DNA from: Desulfobacterales bacterium
GTDB taxonomy: Bacteria; Desulfobacterota; Desulfobacteria; Desulfobacterales; UBA2174
Assembly: GCA_963668645.2 (NCBI GenBank)
Contig: CAXXWC010000021.1
Coordinates: 1,088,001-1,152,000 of the forward strand
Length of the DNA stretch: 64,000 nt
Reading direction: 5' to 3'
The translations under genes were made by a program, and so were the position numbers. Shown piece after piece: positions 60,385 to 64,000 of this stretch. Each line of letters starts with the position of its first letter. Positions within the stretch are counted from its first letter, which is position 1. The notes beneath the pieces were generated by a model. The model worked only from the letters and a program-made list of their open reading frames with translations. It searched no databases and had not been told where the DNA came from.

Positions 60385-60851
60385 GGAGACGCTTCCTTTT
60401 GGGGCATGGGGTTGGCACCGGACCAGGTGCACCAGCCCAAGCTGGCGGTGGGTCCGCAACGGTCACCGAACCGGTTGAGCAGCCGCTTGCAGGCGGCGTA
60501 AAAAGCGAAAAATCCCCACACCAGCCTTCGATCCCCGGCCGAGAGGGGTGCCGCACTGCAAATGAGCTTAAAATCTTCTCTGCCGTCATCGACAAACGCG
60601 ATGATGCCGCGTACCGGTACCTGGATGCGAGCGCCCCTTTCAAGACGCTGCCCCAGGACCACCGCATCACGCCAGTCCGCGTCACCGGCCGGCAAACCCG
60701 GCACCGACCCGTAATTGAACGGGCACGGCAGGGGCGATACGAAAACGATCCGGCCGTGGCTGTCGCGCTTGGTAATGCCGCCCCGGGGCACCTCAATGGT
60801 GACCTGAAGCCACGGTCCGGCATCATGGGTATGGTCTGAGAGGCGGTTCAT
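60381..60851 (-). CDS. Family I inorganic pyrophosphatase-like protein (short, divergent)
   Basis: IEVPRG, PFNYGSVP, GDADWRDAVV, DDGREDFKLI. Confidence 0.75.
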   Translation of the reverse strand: MNRLSDHTHDAGPWLQVTIEVPRGGITKRDSHGRIVFVSPLPCPFNYGSVPGLPAGDADWRDAVVLGQRLERGARIQVPVRGIIAFVDDGREDFKLICSAAPLSAGDRRLVWGFFAFYAACKRLLNRFGDRCGPTASLGWCTWSGANPMPQKEASP

Positions 60852-61141
60852 ACTAACCCGTAACTTCGCTCTTTGTGGCCGGGAAGATCATTGCGGTCTT
60901 ATCCTTATTGTCCAGACTAAGGTTGGCCGGAAAACCTGTCAAGCATGCGCATCATGGACCGGCAATTCTCAGTGAATCCATTTCGGCTGCACCGGGAATT
61001 GACAATTGAGACGATTCCCCGTTGACAGCGCCTGGAATTGAGTTTTAAAGATGAATTTCCTTTCAAAAAATGTGCGCCGAATCGGTCGCAGTGGGGCGCA
61101 CCCAGGCAAACCCCATCTAAAGACAAATGGAGGAGTCGGCC

Positions 61142-62785
61142 ATGCCCAACCAGACTTTTGATCCCGGAGAAGCCTATTCGTATCCGTTGATCATCAAAAA
61201 ACTGCTGCACACCCCGCTCGTCTACGCCCCGGATCAGGAAATCGTCTACCGCGACCAGATGCGCTACACCTACCGCCAGCTCAATGAACGGATCCACCGG
61301 CTGGCCAACGCCCTGAGCCAACAGGGAGTGGAATCGGGCGATACGGTAGCCGTCTTCGACTACGACAGCCACCGCTATCTGGAATGCTTTTTCGCCGTGC
61401 CCATGATGGGGGCCGTTCTCCAGACGGTCAACTGGCGCCTGTCGGTCGAACAGATCATCTACACCCTGAACCACGCCGAGGCCACAATCGCAATCATCAA
61501 CTCGGATTTTCTACCGATCCTGGCGGCCATCGGCCCGAAGCTGGAGACGGTTCGGAAAATCGTCGTGATCGCCGAAGGCGGCCGCATGCCCGATGCCGCA
61601 CCGGCCCACGACGCCCAATACGAAGATATGCTTGCCGCCGCACCGGCAAGCTACGATTTCCCAGACCTGGACGAAAACACCAAAGCCACGACCTTTTATA
61701 CCACCGGCACCACCGGGGACCCCAAGGGGGTTCACTTCACCCATCGCCAGTTGGTCCTGCACACCCTTTCGCTGACCATCGCCGCCGGGGCTTACGAGAC
61801 CATCGGCCGCTTTCGTTCCAACGATGTCTATATGCCCATCACTCCCATGTTCCACGTCCACGCCTGGGGGATTCCCTATGTGGCCACCCTGCTGGGTGTA
61901 AAACAGGTCTATCCGGGCAAATACGAACCGGAAATGCTCCTTAAGCTCATCGTCACCGAGAAAGTATCGTTTTCCCACTGCGTGCCCACCATCTTGCAGA
62001 TGCTGGCCGCCAGCCCGGCGGTGAAAAAATTCGATCTTTCGCACTGGAAAGTCATCATCGGCGGGGCCAAACTGCCCCGGGGCCTGGCCAAGGCGGCATA
62101 CGACATGGGCGTTACCCTCTACGCCGGCTACGGCATGTCTGAAACCTGCCCGGTAATGAGCCTGGCCATGCCCAAAACCCAGATGCTCGATTGGGACGAG
62201 GACCGGCTTCTCGATCTGGTGGTCAAGACCGGTCTTCCCATCCCTCTGGTGGAGATCGAGGTGGTGGACCCCGAGGGTCGGCCCGTGCCCCACGACGGGA
62301 TCTCCACCGGTGAGGTGGTCTTCCGGGCCCCCTGGCTGACCCGAAGCTACTTCAAAGCCCCTGAAAAAACCCGCGAGCTGTGGCGCGACGGATACCTGCA
62401 CTCTGGAGATGTGGGCCACATCGACGAGCAAGGCTATCTGCAGATCACCGACCGGATCAAGGACGTGATCAAAAGCGGCGGGGAGTGGATCTCGTCGCTC
62501 GATCTGGAAAACGTGCTCAGCCAGCATGAAGCGGTGTCCGAATCAGCGGCCATCGGGGTACCGGATGAAAAGTGGGGCGAACGGCCCCTGATGCTGGTGG
62601 TGCTCAGACCCGAATTCGACGGCCGGGTGGAACCCGGCGAGCTTCAGGCATATATGCGTCAGGCCGCCGAGAAAGGGCTGCTGCCCAAGTACGGGGTGCC
62701 GGACCGCTTCACCTTCGTCGACCAGCTGCCCAAAACCAGCGTGGGCAAGCTCGACAAGAAGCTGATGCGCCGGGGCTTCAACTGA
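61142..62785 (+). CDS. Medium/long-chain fatty acid-CoA ligase (AlkK/DmdB-like)
   Basis: [62 protein letters not shown]. Confidence 0.93.
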   Translation: MPNQTFDPGEAYSYPLIIKKLLHTPLVYAPDQEIVYRDQMRYTYRQLNERIHRLANALSQQGVESGDTVAVFDYDSHRYLECFFAVPMMGAVLQTVNWRLSVEQIIYTLNHAEATIAIINSDFLPILAAIGPKLETVRKIVVIAEGGRMPDAAPAHDAQYEDMLAAAPASYDFPDLDENTKATTFYTTGTTGDPKGVHFTHRQLVLHTLSLTIAAGAYETIGRFRSNDVYMPITPMFHVHAWGIPYVATLLGVKQVYPGKYEPEMLLKLIVTEKVSFSHCVPTILQMLAASPAVKKFDLSHWKVIIGGAKLPRGLAKAAYDMGVTLYAGYGMSETCPVMSLAMPKTQMLDWDEDRLLDLVVKTGLPIPLVEIEVVDPEGRPVPHDGISTGEVVFRAPWLTRSYFKAPEKTRELWRDGYLHSGDVGHIDEQGYLQITDRIKDVIKSGGEWISSLDLENVLSQHEAVSESAAIGVPDEKWGERPLMLVVLRPEFDGRVEPGELQAYMRQAAEKGLLPKYGVPDRFTFVDQLPKTSVGKLDKKLMRRGFN

Positions 62786-63710
62786 AAGGGCTTTCTTCTT
62801 CGAAATCGGGCACATACTGATCCTGGCTGGCCAGATCCTGGATAAAGGCATTCTCCAGGCCGAGGGCCATGGCGTGGTCCACGATCCGGTCGTACTCGGC
62901 TTGGCGCAGGGGCCGGTCGAGGCCGGGGTACTCCCGGGCCCGGTATTGCGGGGCGTACTGGGCCATGATGCTTACGTGGATATCCGGCGCCAGGCGGGCC
63001 AGAAACTCGATACAGCGGCGGCTGTTGTCCAGGCAGCCGGGCAGCACCAGATGGCGTACCAGCAGCCCGCGCCGGGCGATGCCGCCATGGTCCAGTTGCA
63101 GCACACCGACCTGGTCGTGCATCTCGCGCAGCACTGCGGGAACGACATCGGCATAATCATCGACCCCGGAAAAACGCCGGCCCAACCGGTTGTCCAGGTA
63201 TTTCAGATCGGGCAAATAGATATCCACCAGCCCACGAATCCGCCGAAGGGATTCAAGCGCGTCGTACCCGTTGGAGTTGTAGGCCACCGGAACGACCAGC
63301 CCCCCGCGGCGGGCCGCTTCGATGGCCCCGGCCATCTGGACGATCATGTGGGAGGGCGAAACGAAGTTGATGTTGTGGGCCCCGCGGTCCTGGAGCCGGA
63401 GCATCTCTTCGGCAAGTTCCTCGGGGCTCAGGTTCCGGGTGATACAACCTTGGTCGAACTGCTGGCTGATCTGAAAGTTCTGGCAAAAGACGCAACGCAG
63501 GTTGCAGCCGGCGAAAAAAACGGTCCCCGACCCGCCGCTGCCGGAAATGGGCGGCTCCTCTCCGTGATGCAGCCCCACATACGCCACCCGGATCTGGTCG
63601 CCTATCCCGCAAAACCCGAGCTTCCCGCCCCGCCGATCCGCCCGACAGCAACGCGGGCAGACCTGGCAGCACCTCATGTCGCCCGGCGATAATTCGGCGA
63701 TACTATCCAT
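62778..63710 (-). CDS. PflX-like radical SAM protein
   Basis: CPRCC, HHGEEPPISG, GCNLRCVFCQN, HNINFVSP, DIYLPDLKY, LVRHLVLPG. Confidence 0.9.
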   Translation of the reverse strand: MDSIAELSPGDMRCCQVCPRCCRADRRGGKLGFCGIGDQIRVAYVGLHHGEEPPISGSGGSGTVFFAGCNLRCVFCQNFQISQQFDQGCITRNLSPEELAEEMLRLQDRGAHNINFVSPSHMIVQMAGAIEAARRGGLVVPVAYNSNGYDALESLRRIRGLVDIYLPDLKYLDNRLGRRFSGVDDYADVVPAVLREMHDQVGVLQLDHGGIARRGLLVRHLVLPGCLDNSRRCIEFLARLAPDIHVSIMAQYAPQYRAREYPGLDRPLRQAEYDRIVDHAMALGLENAFIQDLASQDQYVPDFEEESPFS

Positions 63711-63732
63711 CTTAGGTTCTCACTCAACTCGT

Positions 63733-64000
63733 TCAGCTGCCCTGGTTGGACGCACCGCCGGCGGCGGGCTTTTCGTCCAGCCCGTACAGGCGGCACTTGT
63801 CGTAGAGCGTGGTGCGCGAGATGTTGAGCAGCCGGGCAGCCTTGGCCTTGTTGCCATGGGTGAAGGTAAGGAATTTTTCCAGCAGTCCCTTTTCGAAACG
63901 CGCCACCTCCTTGGCCAGGTCGGTGTGGTAGGGCGAAAAGGCAACCTTGCGTTCCGGCTTGAAGGTACGCAGCTCGAAAGGCAGCACGTCCACGGTGATT
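63733..64000 (-). CDS. C-terminus of a sigma54-dependent activator (Fis-type HTH), partial
   Basis: FEKGLL...HGNKAKAARLLNISRTTLYDK. Confidence 0.85.
   Translation of the reverse strand, partial: ITVDVLPFELRTFKPERKVAFSPYHTDLAKEVARFEKGLLEKFLTFTHGNKAKAARLLNISRTTLYDKCRLYGLDEKPAAGGASNQGS

Overview
High-GC bacterial chromosome segment. Gene content suggests an anaerobic Desulfobacterota / Desulfosarcinaceae-like organism (inference). In order: (1) a molybdate/tungstate acquisition block (SAM methyltransferase, XRE-PBP regulator, DUF364, modABC, TonB-dependent receptor); (2) a ~19 kb lower-GC catabolic island (GntR, etfAB, acyl-CoA dehydrogenase, TetR, VOC, iorAB, FrhB-like, two paralogous 2-hydroxyacid dehydrogenases, ADP-forming acyl-CoA synthetase, TAXI-TRAP transporter) with visible operators, ending in a decayed IS1-family element and pseudogenes; (3) a sigma54-preceded two-gene [FeFe]-hydrogenase operon whose partner is an SfrB/GltD-like NADPH flavoprotein; (4) an orphan IclR; (5) a PLP fold-III enzyme / GMC oxidoreductase / N-terminally extended aldehyde dehydrogenase operon; (6) SWIM-SNF2 helicase and assorted genes; (7) a candidate signal synthesis-and-sensing locus (alpha/beta hydrolase, B12-radical SAM, V4R-like hybrid kinase, PilZ fusion protein, methyltransferase) with an AT-rich core; (8) a double-domain CDP-alcohol phosphotransferase, GMP reductase-like gene, PPase, acyl-CoA ligase, PflX-like radical SAM and the end of a sigma54 activator. 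No rRNA, tRNA or CRISPR array was seen. All family calls come from motif recognition by eye, not database searches. GC values come from hand-counted sample lines.
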